From assembly GCA_951406725.2 (NCBI GenBank), contig OX597816.1, positions 80,414,001 through 80,478,000 of the forward strand: a DNA stretch of 64,000 nt, read 5' to 3'. Both the position numbers and the translations under genes were made by a program. This DNA is from Octopus vulgaris (Eukaryota). The notes under the pieces are model-generated. The model saw only the letters and a list, made by a program, of their open reading frames with translations, had not been told where the DNA came from and made no database searches. How positions within the stretch are numbered: position 1 is the first letter of the stretch; the number at the start of each line of letters is the position of its first letter. Positions 28,029-42,099 of this stretch are shown here, piece after piece.

Positions 28029-29059
28029 CTCTTTCTCTCTTATTGTTGCCACACTTTAGATCTAATTACTCTTAAAGGTTTCTCGTTCAAAGAATCCGAT
28101 ATGTTTTTATGTAATTTCATCTAAAATGTTTAGCCACAGAGCAGGAAATGAGAATTTGTTTTTTCCTCATATATTGTAATCATGACAATATAAAAAAGGT
28201 GCACACACATACACACACATATATATGTATACTTCACACATATATATGTAACTTCATTTATATATATATATACGTTTTGCTTTATTATTATTGTGTTTTT
28301 TATTTCTTTTGATATGTTTATTAATATATACAATATTGTACTGCAGTTCATAATGGGGTTAGAGTAATTGGTAGTTGATAGCTGTTGTTTAATATGATCG
28401 CTATAAACAACTGGAAGGAGAGCAAAGAAATCATTATAGTCATTATTAAGGAGTGTTGCAGATTACAAGAGGGAAGAACAATGACCAAAATACCTTATAT
28501 TATTTAGTAACGTCCCTCTACTCATGAATTGAGGTGGGTGATGTTTGACTTTCAACTTTCCAGGGCTGATAAAATAATTGCTTAAGTACTGGTGTCGATA
28601 TTATCGACTTCCCCATTACCTCATATCTGTAACCTTGTGCCTGCCTTAGAAATCATAAGTAGTATTGAATGGATAGGTACATATCAATCGAGGGCAGATT
28701 GATAAAGCCTTGGACAGAATGCTTTCTGAAATATCATTGCATACAATTCTCATTTCAGTTGAAATAAAATAGCTTTTCTGTCCTCTAGACTTTGTGTGCT
28801 GCAACTAATATGATCCACAATGTGAATCCATTTGAACCATTTGAACGTCAACGAGCCATTTGAACGTCAGAAAAATTGGTCTGTGGTACTTATTCCAGCC
28901 ATTTACGTTTTGAGTTCAAATCTGAGGTCAACAGATTTCTAACACGACATATTCGTAATCATTCAAAGATCGGCAAGAGAAACTCAGAGTAACGTTTTAT
29001 GAAGAATCAGCTTCCAACAGATTGTTTCTCTCTTGTTAATATATGTATCCAATCCATAC

Positions 29060-29115
<56 letters not shown>

Positions 29116-29770
29116 TTCTTTATACACATACACACACACACTCCACATTCACATCTACGTAAATATGTGTGTACGCACGGGTGTGTGTGTGTGTGTATGT
29201 GACAGACAGAGAGGGTGGAGTGTGTGAAAACATCTTTCTTTGAACAAAACGAACACTATACAGTTGTTGCAAAAGAAATATCAGTTGTGCAGTGTTTAAA
29301 CGGCATTTTAAGATAACAACAGCAGACGAAACAAGTGAGAATGTCTAAAATATTAAGATAAACCGAATGAAAGACTTCAGTTCTTCGATATATCAATACG
29401 GCAAAGATGTTTCTGTACAGACTTCATACCAATTGCAAGTATTTATTGAACATTAAGCTGGTATTATCTGAAGATTAAGTAGATTTTATGTAGAGATTAG
29501 AGCGTTGTAGCGTGATACTCATCATGAAATATAATATTTTCTTAATGTCCTTTGGGAAATTTTCCTAAAGGATTCTGCCATGTCCTTTTATATAAAGGAA
29601 TAAGACGCATCTACGTTGCGCGTGTAATATCAATATATTGCATAGATTAACTTTGAACCTTATAACTATCGCATGGCGAATGTTTAAAGGGTTTATCTAG
29701 AGATACAAACAGTGAACTCTAAATTGGGATTTCAGCAAAGCAAGTAAAGATATTGATCAATCTAACAGAA

Positions 29771-29837
<67 letters not shown>

Positions 29838-29840
29838 TAT

Positions 29841-29887
<47 letters not shown>

Positions 29888-30769
29888 AATAGGAAACCTT
29901 TTTGTTTGTTTTTTTACTTTTTTCTACTTTGCTTTGCATCCAAGCAATGCCATCGATCAATATAATCAATATCATTGATTGTTAAGTGTACTTATTTGAA
30001 ATGAGGGAAAATGATGTCTTTGTACCCAGAGAAATTGACGTCTTCCCACTTGGTACTAATATCCTATATAATTTAAGGGCCGAGAGACTGCTTTTATGAA
30101 AGCAAATACATTTTTGAGGTGCATTAGGAATGTAGCTCAAATGAAATACTATTAACCGGCTATTGAAAACTGCTTTCAAAATACTTTTTCTTTTGTTTAC
30201 ATCATTCATTCATATCTATTAATATTAAGATATTTAAGCCTAACTTAGAACACTTATATCAGACATCACATAAAATGCAAAGCTGAGCGTTAGTAGGAAA
30301 ACGGTATATCTGCTGGAGGAGAAGACACGTTAGAGCGTTCCTTATATTTATATTATTGTATTTTCCATAAGAGGAAGAATTTACGATCGGTAGATTAAAT
30401 GGCTGACAATTCATTTCGCACTGATGTCAAATTTTCTTTTTTTTCCCCCTTCTGGGATCGATAAAATAACTAACGCGCATGTGCAGAAATCTTTTTAATC
30501 GACTAGTTCTTTATAGCTATCTGACTATGATGATAGAATTCATCTCTAAGAAGAGTCACACGAGATATAAACGATCAAAATAGATTATGATAGTTATGAT
30601 TCCCCGAAATGCGTCGCCCTTCTTCACTATTTCCAATATTTCGATAATTTAGAAATCGTTCTTCCCATTAACATATTCTTTTTTTATTGTTGTTTATTAT
30701 AAATATATAAAGCTCAAATTTATACTGCCATTAAAACGCGTGGCATTCTTCTCCACCATCATCACCACC

Positions 30770-30955
30770 TCCTCTTCTTCTTCTTCTTCTCCTTCATATT
30801 CTTCTTCTTCTTCATCTTGTTGTTGTTGTTGTTCTTCTTCTTCTTCTTCTTCTTCTTTTTCTTCTTCTTCATCTTGTTGTTGTTGTTGTTGTTGTTGTTC
30901 TTCTTCTTCTTCTTCTTCTTCTTCGTCTTCTTCTTCTTCTTCTTCTTCTTCTTCT
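30770..30955. repeat. Compound (TCT)n/(TGT)n microsatellite, internally duplicated
   Basis: Direct inspection. Confidence 0.95.
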
Positions 30956-31815
30956 CGTTCTTTCTTTTTGAATTATTACTTAACACAATATCAATGGCCT
31001 TACGGAAATACTATAGACCGGACTTCATACATATTGTAGTTAGGTATTTTAGCTGCTATGTTCGAATGCTTTGAAATGAATGTGCTTTCATGTCATCGAT
31101 ATTCATAAAATTAAGTAGCCAGCAAATATGACAATTCTACGGCAATGTAAAAATATATCCTAAACCCCCTTCGTTGTCATCATCATCATCGTCATCATCA
31201 TTCATTTACTGCTAATCCTCCACATCATCATATTCTTCACCTATTTTCCATTCTCCTAACTTACCCTCGTCAACATCATCGCCGCCACAACCCTCACTAA
31301 CGCCACTACCACCAACATAGCTACTGCCACCATCACCACTTCTTTCTCCCCCTTCTCCTCTTGTTCATCATCATCACCGTCATCATGAACATTTAATGTG
31401 TTATTGAATCTCACCTAAATATATTAAATATTAATGATATCAGTTATATATTAATGATATCTAATCTTTACAATAGACGTACGTTACACATAGTGTATAT
31501 TTAAAGCTACTTGGACTCGGGTCCTGAAAGTCAAGTCCCATTCTTGATTAATACCACGCTCCATTGGGGGCTTGAAATTATATATATATAATTATATATA
31601 CGCTTCTTATTGTTTTCCCCCATTTATCTATTCTTGTTTCTGGCAGTGTGTATATATAAAAAAAAGTACTTTATTCAAAGAGTAGAGTTTCTTTTCAATA
31701 GGTCAGCATGTCATTTCAAGGAACTTGACTACTATTTCTAGTACGATTATTGAGCCCTTGTTAGGTGTGTTCAATTTATACAAGTGTTGTTTTATTTTTA
31801 TCCCCATCTCAAAAA

Positions 31816-32063
31816 TCATCTTGCGGATCTATGATCAAAAATGATCCGATTTATTTGCTGTATGTTTGTTGGGTGCCTAGAACTTATATTGCCCAACATT
31901 TCATTTTTAAGACACACAGTGTGATCTAAAGGAAATGTGTCGGCAACTTCAAACAGTACAATGGACCATTCTGGAAATCCTTGATGTTCTCTAAATTGTG
32001 GCAAGTTGTTTCTGATGTTAATCACTGAATAAATGGCTGTATAGTTGACATCTTTTCTTTTAG
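31816..32063 (-). CDS. Candidate terminal coding exon of an unidentified host gene
   Basis: Long polypyrimidine tract plus TATCAG acceptor, followed by about 82 non-repetitive open codons (KRKDVNYTAIYSVINIRNNLPQFREHQGFPEW..) to TGA; no recognised homology. Confidence 0.3.
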
Positions 32064-32113
32064 CTGATAATTGACAGTGAAAACAAAACAAAAACAAAAA
32101 AAAAGAAGAAAAT

Positions 32114-32148
<35 letters not shown>

Positions 32149-32287
32149 AAGAGAGAGAGAAAACAACTAAGCAGATGTTTATGAGGGCCAATAGATCAGT
32201 TCCGTTGAATCAAACACACACACATTGTGTGCGCGCGTGTGTGCGCGCGCAAGCCAGTGTATGGATGTATGTGTAGTTATATATATA

Positions 32288-33358
32288 GGTGAGCAAAAAG
32301 TGTATGTACGCCGCTATATGTAGATATAAATTTAAAAAAATGGAATAAGAACGTAACGGACGTCAATAAAAACATACGGACAGGAAAAGACAAGGACGGA
32401 TCATTTGCGGCCTTCTATTCAATCAATTTTCCAAATTATCATTACACTTGAGACTGTACAAAATCGGTAGGCGCTGGAGAGTTTGAATACTGCAAAATCA
32501 GTTCATTTGCATAAATGTCCATTACGTAATGCCTACAATCGTTTCAATATCTACCTTCGTTTATTTTACAATTAACAATTTGCATTATGAACTCAGAAAG
32601 CAGAAATCTCTTCAAGGCCACAATCGGCATATTTATTTTTACATCCTAATAGATTGAGTGATCCTTAATGACTAAGATAACAGCATGCGTTTTTTTCTCT
32701 TTTGTGAGTGTGTGAGCATTTTCGCCTTTAAGCTTAATTGTCGTATGTCTTCTTTGTGTGTGTGTGTGTGTGTGTGTGTGTGGAGTTCTGCTCTAAAAAT
32801 AGCCCAAATTTGAAGCAGGGCACTGGCTAGCTGATGTCTTGGAGAATTTAGGTTAAATACTACCATACCCTAAAGTAATTTATATTGGTTTTTAGAGTCG
32901 GGATATTGTTTTACTCTCTACCTACTTGTCGAAGAAAAAACTATATAATATATATATCTATATATTTATTTATTTCTAGTATCCAAATCTAATTATTTTA
33001 TTTCAATTTATATTTATAATTACGCTTGGAGAATTTTCATTTAATTTCATAATTTAATATGTTTTATTTTCTAGGTTTATTAATTTTCTTAGTTTAGAGT
33101 TAATATATATTTTTTTTACTAATTGTATATATTTCAATAGGAGTTTGATTTTTCATGCATCACGTGTACAGGGCTAGATTTTAACAAGTGGTTTTCTTAC
33201 CATTGGTGAGCAAAAAGTGAAAGTACGCTGCTATATGTATATATGAATCCAAATAATGGAATAAAAACGTAACGGAGGTCAATAAAAACATACGGGCAGA
33301 TAGACGATAGAAAGACAGACAGGAAAAACAAGGACGATAATTCGCAGGCTTCTATTCA
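32288..33358. mobile_element. Element with diverged ~135-155 bp direct terminal repeats (32288-32421, 33205-33358)
   Basis: GGTGAGCAAAAAGTG..ATGGAATAA.AACGTAACGGA.GTCAATAAAAACATACGG..CAAGGACG..CTTCTATTCA is present twice. Confidence 0.65.
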
Positions 33359-33399
33359 CTATAATATTTGTTTCACTTTAAGATTTGTCCCTTCACATC

Positions 33400-34005
33400 T
33401 TTTATCTTACATCTTTTAGTGGTTTCAGCCCAGGGCTGAGGTCATCTAGTGCACCACCTGTAGTTACTCAGTGTTGTTTCCGGTATTGTTTTTAGTGAAG
33501 TAGTGAGTTGGACGGAGCTGCTCTTCTTTGCGTCTGCTGCCGCGATGTGGGTTCATCTGGTATCTCAAATAGAAACCTGTCCAGACGTTCCTTGAAGACA
33601 TCCACATCAACACTATGTTGATCTCTAAGATTGCCTGGAAGGATGTTGAACAATTGCGGGCCATTCAAACCCAGACGATTGCAGTATTGTGTCCTTATTG
33701 TAAATAGGGAAGACGGGATTTTGGTATGATGCAGTGCCGTCCGGTTCGAGGATTGGTATAGCTGTCACTTCCAAAATTAGGCGCTAAAACCTCGAAGATC
33801 ATCCAGATATATATCACTGCATATCTCTCACGTCTTCTCTCCGGGGAATAGAGATTCAGCTCCTTTAGCCTCTCCCAGTAGCCCATCTTTTGCATCGAAT
33901 CAATCTTCTTAGTGCATTGGCGCTGGATTGCTTCGAGTTACACAGTTTGTTTCACACTCTCTGGAGACCATAGTTGGGAGTAGTAATACAGGGGGCTGAG
34001 AACAT
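33400..34005 (-). mobile_element. CR1-clade LINE 3' fragment
   Basis: MGYWERLKELNLYSPERRRERYAVIYIW..NPRTGRHC, the typical post-RT C-terminus of CR1-group ORF2. Confidence 0.85.
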
Positions 34006-35164
34006 GAATTGAATTAAATTTAAATGTTGAAGTGAGAAACTAACTGTTATTTTTGTGTTCTTGAGAATGGCTTATAAACGTCTTCCATGCAACAATTGTG
34101 TTTGTTTCAGCATACGATCTTAGAACAAGTCACTTGCTATGCAAGTACATCTCCGTAATTTTTTTAAATCACTGTGGATAAATGCCAGCAGTGACCTTCT
34201 CAGACTCTCCAATATTTTCAATATTTTAATTTCGAAACAGAAACAATCGGGTGCAGGGAGTGGGGTTGCAAAAAATTCATAATTTCTCAAATTTTCTTTT
34301 TTATAGCATAAAAATGTATTTATACGGGAAAATATTGAAAAACATCAATACATGCGAGAGAAACGACGAGGGTTGTCTTTGGATGTGCTAGAAACAACAG
34401 CCAAATCGCCCTTAAATCACCCACTTTCTCCTCTGAAAATATTGGTATTTTCTGGGGGTTTTTTTTTTTTTTACCGAAAATGCTTTTCCCGTGGTTTTGA
34501 AGTGCAAAAAAAGAAAATTGGCCAACATAGGTCCGGAGTGGGATGCTGAGGGAGAGGGCGTTGTAAAAGAACAGAGTTTTCAAAACTCTTTTCAGACTAA
34601 GATGCCCCACCCAACGAAAGTTCACAGAATTCTTTATAATCGTAGTCCATGCCGTTTGGGATTTGCATAGATTTTCATTAAAAGGTACCCATTTTCCTGA
34701 ATGTTATGAGGGAAAAAGCCTGATCGTGTGAATTTTCTAAATCTCCTCTCTCCATCCCCTCGGAAAAAGTCTTTCTCACAAATCCCTAAATCTCTGAACC
34801 CACAACATCTAAGCGGTATTTGTAGAAAATTTTGTTAAAAAGTATCCATTTTTCTGGATGTTATGAGGTAACAAATATCGGGAGTGTATACATCTGTAGT
34901 AATGCTTTTTATTTATACGATTTTTCATTTCATGTTTATTTCATTCATTGTTTTCAGTGGCCTCTCCGCCACCCCTCTCTCTCTCACACACACTGCAAAG
35001 CTTAGAGATGGGAAGCTGAATTGAAATCTGAATGTTGTTTTGAGGGGAAGGTAAAATTTGTCGAATTGCTTTCTCTCTCTATTGTTGGACTATCGTGATG
35101 TTTGCTTAAAAGAGATTATGACTGTGATAAATTGATGAAAGCAATATTTACTCAGCAAGTGAGC

Positions 35165-35288
35165 ACTATTGTACAAGGAAATAATTAGACGTAAAATATA
35201 AAAATTGTTATTAGAATTGGGCATCAAAAGCGAAAATATTATCAAGGGGCTAGTAGAAAACCGCCCAGAGGGCGATCTTTCTGCTAGT
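35165..35288 (+). mobile_element. Helitron 3' terminus
   Basis: GC hairpin CGCCC-AGA-GGGCG (35262-74), then CTAG (35284-87) and T; upstream ATTGTACAAGGAAATA resembles the IVYKEI tail of RepHel helicases. Confidence 0.6.
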
Positions 35289-35308
35289 AAACAGACAGAC
35301 AGACAAAC

Positions 35309-35403
<95 letters not shown>

Positions 35404-35858
35404 TTATTATATTTATGTATATATACATATAAGTACACATTCATGTATGCACGCACATACATACACTCGCTCACAAATTTTTAAAAGTATTTATTTAGGG
35501 GATCGATATACATACACGCACAAATACGCACATCATTTATTTAGAAAAAGAGTGATATTTTACTTTGCTGTTTAGCATTCATAATTGAGGCCGTAATTGA
35601 AGACAAAGTGTATCCAGACATAAGTTAGTTTTAAAGTAATTTATAATTCATAGAGTTTGAAATAACTGGTGGGGAAATTACAACAAATTATAGCTGATTA
35701 TTTTGTCAACATTAAGTCTATATGATAATGTCATAAACGATGCCGGTAACTGTCTGTCTGTCAGGGCAGTAAACAGTCATTAGCCTGATTAAAATTGTCT
35801 CTTTATTGCCGTGTGCTATTTTAATCATAACCTAGAGCTGTTATGAGAGATTTCGATC

Positions 35859-35905
<47 letters not shown>

Positions 35906-36699
35906 TCTTGTAATTCTTATTTATCTATTAGCATTATTATTAGTGTTACTATTTGTGTTGTAGTTGGTTGTGTTAGTTGAACATATTTCGTCTAGTTCGC
36001 CTATGTATTGTAAGTTTTGTATCTGAAATTACGTGAAAAACGGGTTTTAAATCGGAACATCCAAAGAAAAGCATAGATATTTTAAGTTTCGCCTCCTTTT
36101 AAAGAAATATTTTCTTTTCTAATAGTCCTCACTAAACAAAATAGCTACACCATTTATATATCCTACTAATAAAATCAACTCTAAGAAAATCGCACAAAAA
36201 CACACACTTTTTACGACAATAAACAAAAAATAAATACAAAGAAAATATTTCCAATTCATCAGCAGAATACATTTTTTTTCTTAACAGACAGAAAGAATTG
36301 ATAATTGTCAGACAGAATATAACATCATTTTAAACAATGTAAACATCATAAGGATAATAGCAACAATAATGATCACTCACACACTATCACGCACACACAT
36401 ACGGTCACGAACATACAAATACTAACAGGCACATGCTTTAAGCACAGCACATAAATGAATGGAGAATGCTGAATTAAGAAACAGGTAAAGCGTTTGCAGT
36501 CTTCTTTGTTTTGCTGGGGTTACCTAAAACAGACGACTCCTATATATCTATGATCAAGCAGAGTAAAACGTCTGCCGAAAAGAACTGTTGGATAAATAGA
36601 TGTGCATCCAAAGAAACTGGCATTACAGACATTTGATAACAGCATCTGCAACATTCTCACATACACATATTGTTCACCAAAACAGTTTCGAATGCAGAT

Positions 36700-37480
36700 C
36701 AGACCCTATTGTTCATAACTGTACTATCAAGTAAACAAAGTATTTCGTGGAACATTGTATTACGAAAACAAGCGCCAAGTGTTCTTGTGTCAGAGCTATT
36801 AGCGAGAAACGAAGAAAAGGAAAAATAATTCCCACATGCTTTGTCAAATCTACAAGCGATTTTCTTGCGCAACCAAAGGAACAATTGGAAGCAGACCTAG
36901 CAATTATATAGGATCTAATTGCTTTCATTGGGAGAAGCAGGTCATATAGAACGATATCCTTTCCTTTACAGTCAAGTTTAGATAGGAATGGCAGAGTGGA
37001 GAGGTGTGGACAACCTCACCCTTATATATTTGGAAAAAGGTGGGCGAATGTAGTGAGAATGACCAGAAGAGAGCGAATTACTTGCCACGATACTCCAGGT
37101 GAGTAGGGTAACTTAGGATCTATTGTATTCCTTGGTCGCTCATGGGTAGTTTTCTAGCCTGTTGGTGAATTTTGTGGTTATAATTTGTTAGCTGTTATCC
37201 TTTTATTATTTACAGGTATTTATGTAAATACCCATTGACTTTGTAGTGACCTAAATGGTTATTTTGCGCATGGCTTGGAAATAAATGGAGGTGGGAGAGG
37301 GAAATGCTGCTGGCCAATAAATTTGTAAAAAGGTGGCTGACAGGGTAAATGAACATACTTTAAGCAAGCAGCGGTAGATTGGAGAATAACAGTTTGGCGA
37401 GGGACTGTGACACTTGTGGTCAAGGTGAACCTGGACCTGTAGGCTTTCTTCAATGACCCTAATTGGAAATTTTCGGTATT
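36700..37480 (-). mobile_element. Possible very old Penelope-like remnant
   Basis: Weak, correctly ordered resemblances (KPT..LDH..P, IRSLLV, GCP..PFL, RKIACRF); heavily frameshifted. Confidence 0.3.
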
Positions 37481-37794
37481 AGAAGTACTGCATCAGTTAT
37501 ATGTTCTCACTCATTTCACCTTTCACCTTGCTTCCTCTCTATCATTTATGTAAAACCACAAACAATTTGTAAACATTCCTTCTAATGTCCCTCATACCTG
37601 ACGCCCCTGTGGAAAATAAAAGTTGGATGTTGAATGTATCCCACGATAATTAACAGCCAAGTATCAAAGCTTAAAATGTGCAGAAATAGACTCTCTGAGA
37701 CCTCTGAGAACAGGCTACTGTCCGCTCTCTCAGAATCTACATGAGCAAACAAGACCGAGCGCTCGGAGAAGTAAAACGATACTAATAATCTTTT

Positions 37795-38185
37795 CTGCTA
37801 AAGGCACAAGGCCGGAAATTTGGTGGGGGGGAAGCAGTGAATTACATCAACCCCAGTGTTTCACTGGTACGTAATTTATTGACCATGAAAGGATGAAAGC
37901 AAAGTCGACCTCGATGTAATTTGAACTCAGAACGTAGCGACGGACGAAATACCTATTTCTTTACTACCCACAAGGGGCTAAAGACAGAGAGGACAAACAA
38001 GGACAGACAAACGGATTAACTCGATTATATCGACGCCAGTGCGTAACTGGTACTTATTTAATCGACCCCGAAAGGATGAAAGGCAAAGTCGACCTCGGCG
38101 GAATTTGAACTCAGAACGTAGCGACAGACGAAATACAGGTAATCATTTCGCTCGGCGCGCTAACGTTTCTGCCAGCTCGCCGCCT
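37795..38185 (-). mobile_element. SINE family A dimer, with extra 3' tails at 38200-38260 and 38320-38372
   Basis: Reverse complement of head GGCGGCGAGCTGGCAGAAACGTTAGC and two cores. Confidence 0.9.
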
Positions 38186-38819
38186 AAATAATAATAATAA
38201 ACCTTTCCGCTAAAGGCACAAGGCTTGAAACTTTGAGGGAGGGGACTAGTCGATTACTAGTGTTTCAATAATAATAACAACAATAATAATAGTAATAATA
38301 ATAATAATTTTTTTCTCTTGTAGCTACAAGGCTTGAAATTTTTGGGGAGGGTGTTAGCTAATTACATCGATCCTTAGTCCTTCCGATATCGATGTACTAA
38401 AGTTCCAATCAAGTTGTAAAGTTGACGCATTTAAATATACTCATCTTATTTTGAGGCTTTGTGTCAAGGTACAATTTATTATTATTATCATCTTTATTTT
38501 AATTTTTCATAATGGCAAGGTTTTACGTAACCAAACGATTTCATTTGCATCTTCCTAACCAAGACTAAGGATCATAATGTTGTCAATACCTTTTTTAAAA
38601 TGATTATCAATATTGCCATATGGAATTACTAATACAAAAATTGACTTAACAAAGATATATACCAGTTTGTGTAATTCAATCTTGTTTTAAACAGGCAACA
38701 ATAAATTTGGCGGAGCCCCAACGATGCCACAGCCTGTAGACTACAACGCGCAAGAGTAATAGGATATATGTAATATTAAATATTCTGTGTATCTAACATA
38801 GTTTCACACACACCACACA

Positions 38820-38870
<51 letters not shown>

Positions 38871-40734
38871 CATACATGTATAACTTTAAATGATACTGAT
38901 GTGTGTGTGAGTGCGTGCGTCCGTTTGTTTGTATGTATGTATGGGTGAAGAGAGGTACATATATATATAAGCATATATATGTCCATAAATAGTGAGAGTG
39001 GAGCATATTCTACGAATATGTAAATAATCTGTTCATCATGCCATTAATCTCAACTAATATCCAAAGTGCTGTTGCTAATCTCAACTCTACAATCTGAGCA
39101 GGATTCAATGAAACAACGTTACTTCTGATCAAATGTATATTAGACACCATAACGATGATTGTTACCGACAATTTTAGCAGATGTCAGTTGTACATTTAAC
39201 AAACAAAATATTTATTATGCAAAAGTTACACATGTAGTGATAATTACAATTTTTGCAACTATTCTCCAATTAGCGGCAGCATTTTAGGAAGAATTCATGG
39301 AAAAAAAAAACAATACACTAATCGATAAGTTACTAAGTATAATATAACTATGGTTACGGAAAAAAACCTCACTAAAATATTTATTGTCGCCTATTACTTC
39401 GTGGTAAATTAGCTGACGATCTTGATTCTACCTAAACTTTAAGTTGCGTCTGCAATATTCATAGAAATAAGAAAAATTATATAAAGTTCGCTTCAAATTC
39501 TATAAGAAAATGTGATCCGATTAAGAAGCAATAAAGAAGGTTAAAAAAATAAGTGTGGAACTGTATAATGTGTGGAATACAAAGCTTAGACATGAGTGAC
39601 ATCAGATCTTCAGAATCAAGTATAGTTTATGACGTTTACCTGGGTTTTATATAGGCTACCTCTAATTATGGTCTATATTAACAATACGCTCCTCTCGTTC
39701 CCAGTACTCTAAAATGAAAGTGACATCAACATACTTGTTAAATGTCTAAAGAATTAACTAATGTATATTTTATAAAAGCATAATTATCAATCTAGCCAGT
39801 ATATACAACTATCAGTGCCACAGTCAGAGCTCACATTCCTCTGAGCAACAGGCACAAAAAAATCAATGCCCTTGATCATTAAAACAAGAAACAAATATTG
39901 CTTAATTTACTCAAACTTGTTACTGTTGATATCACAACCTAATAATTTATCATAAATATTCCAAATATTAAAAAGAGCTCAGTAAAATAATAATTTGGGA
40001 AGCGTACAGATAGACGATATAATTTTAATCAGTTCGACCATAGTTAATAAAATCATCACAGCTCTAGAATAATGCAAAAATCCCTGTAAAAGCACAAATA
40101 ATTTTTTCCTCGCTCTAATACTACACCTAAATTTTGGTATACTAGTAATTGAAAATGCAAACAAATCGACTAAAGTTCACCAAAAACTATAGAAAATGGC
40201 AATAAGTATGGCATTCAAAAGTAGTCACTTTGAAATACTTATAAACAAATTTGACATTTTAACTAAAAGTGATTTTTTTAAGTGTCTATACCATTTTATT
40301 TATATATGACTTCAAAGGGAATAAGTTACCAAAATTCTGAAATTTTACTACCTGTTTACTTCATATTTTAGATGAAAGGGAAATATATATGAAACAATAA
40401 TGAAAGGCAAATATATATTTAAACATTTTAAAATGATTTTCACAAATATTAGGTAAATATTCCCGAAATATTACATATTTTATTAACAACCATCTGAAAT
40501 TGCATTTATCATCCTAAGTCTATTTTGTAATTAAAACTTAACAGCATTTTTGGAAGCGCAAACCACATTTTACTTGACAGGTCAAAACAAAATTTCAGTG
40601 CCCTTATTCACTTCTAGTATGGCATCTCTAGACAGTTACACTGTAAATGGTTTACCCAGAGCCATTCCGCATTCGTATTTTATAAGTTGTTTCATCTTTT
40701 GTGTGATGATGTTAAAACAGAAATCGAGATTTTA

Positions 40735-40895
40735 AGGCGACACATTTAGAAGCTGACAGTATCTACCAGTTCTTGCATTAAAACTTTCTCTGATGTCGAA
40801 GTCTGGAACAAGATCCACCATACATAAATAACAATATCTCTCTCTGCGTCTTTCAAGTAAGTACAGATAATGTGCTTTGAGACGTTCCCAGTATA
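40735..40895 (-). mobile_element. Short CR1-clade 3' fragment, same family as 33400-34005
   Basis: YWERLK..LYLLERRRERY..NARTGRYC. Confidence 0.75.
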
Positions 40896-40925
40896 TAATA
40901 TAAATCTCTGTTTGTCTGTCCAGTC

Positions 40926-40957
<32 letters not shown>

Positions 40958-40978
40958 TATATATATATATACATATAT

Positions 40979-41121
40979 AGGCGTAGGAGTGGCTGTGTGG
41001 TAAGTAGTTTGCTTACGAACCACATGGTTCCGGGTTCAGTCCCACTGCTTGGCACCTTGGGTAAGTGCCTTCTACTATAGCCTGGGGCCGACCAAGCCCT
41101 GAAAGAAGCCCGTCGTATATA

Positions 41122-41170
<49 letters not shown>

Positions 41171-41382
41171 GCGTGTTTGTGTCTGTGTTTGTCCCCCTAA
41201 CATCGCTTGACAACCGATGCTGGTGTATTTACGTCCCCGTAACTTAGCGGTTCGGCAAAAAGAGACCGATAAAATAAGTACTAGGCTTACAAAGAATAAG
41301 TCCTGGGGCCGATTTGATCGACTAAAGGCAGTGCTCCAGCATGGCCACAGTCACATGACTGAAACAAGTAAAAGATTAAAGA

Positions 41383-41383
<1 letters not shown>
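40979..41383 (+). mobile_element. SINE family B (tRNA-like head, CORE-like segment, internal microsatellite, tail)
   Basis: GTGGCTGTGTGGTAAG A-box region, GGTTCAGTCCC B box, ACCTTGGGTAAGTG; a second copy lies at 51553-51870. Confidence 0.85.
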
Positions 41384-41421
<38 letters not shown>

Positions 41422-41424
41422 TAT

Positions 41425-41456
<32 letters not shown>

Positions 41457-41689
41457 CGACATACACAGAGACAGAGAGAAAGAAAGAGAGAAGGAAGGAG
41501 AGAGAGAGGGGGTGAGAAATATATATATACAGAGAAGTGTATGTATGTTATGTATTAATCAATCAAATTCCAACATATCTTATTTTCAATCTTATACAAA
41601 TTTAAAAGTACCGTGGATGTTTATATTGTGGCATTAGTAAACAGCTAAATAATTTTAGTGTACTGACTGGATTGTCCCTTTAGATAAAC

Positions 41690-41790
41690 GCACCGCAACC
41701 GGTGTGCCACGAGACGATGACAGATGTGCCGCAGTGTAACCGGAATATAATAATCTTCTCCCCTGTGAAATAAGGTTACAGAGCACTGCA
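41690..41790. mobile_element. Probable hAT-type MITE fragment
   Basis: CAACCGGTGTGCC..GTGCCGC..AAGGTTACAGAGCACTG resembles hAT-Charlie subterminal and terminal motifs. Confidence 0.35.
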
Positions 41791-42099
41791 TTAGACACCT
41801 TCCGATACGTTCTAGCTGGCTGAAATTTATCCGTCAGCGTGCAGCTGTGACGCTACGGTTTGAATAACGTGGAAACGTAGTCGATACTGAAAACGCCTAT
41901 TCATAGAAGTGTTTTATCCAATCAAAGTCACCGATAGAGAATTCGACTACACTCAGATTTTGAGAAAAATCTGATGCTACAAACAGAAGTTCCACCTTAA
42001 GTACCCTTAAGTATAACTGAATATAAATTAACATTATTGTCGATATCATTACAGTGTTTGAATAACATATTCAAATCAATACTAATATTATTACACATT

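Noticed and set aside
34010-34920. Possible Helitron-like non-autonomous repeat
   Set aside because: Looks repeat-derived, but diagnostic termini could not be located.
39641-39710. Minus-strand segment with good acceptor and donor
   Set aside because: Stops in all three frames; cannot be supported as a coding exon.
41795-41845. Possible hammerhead downstream of the Penelope relic (minus strand CTGACGG..AGAACGTATC)
   Set aside because: Two core mismatches and no convincing stems.
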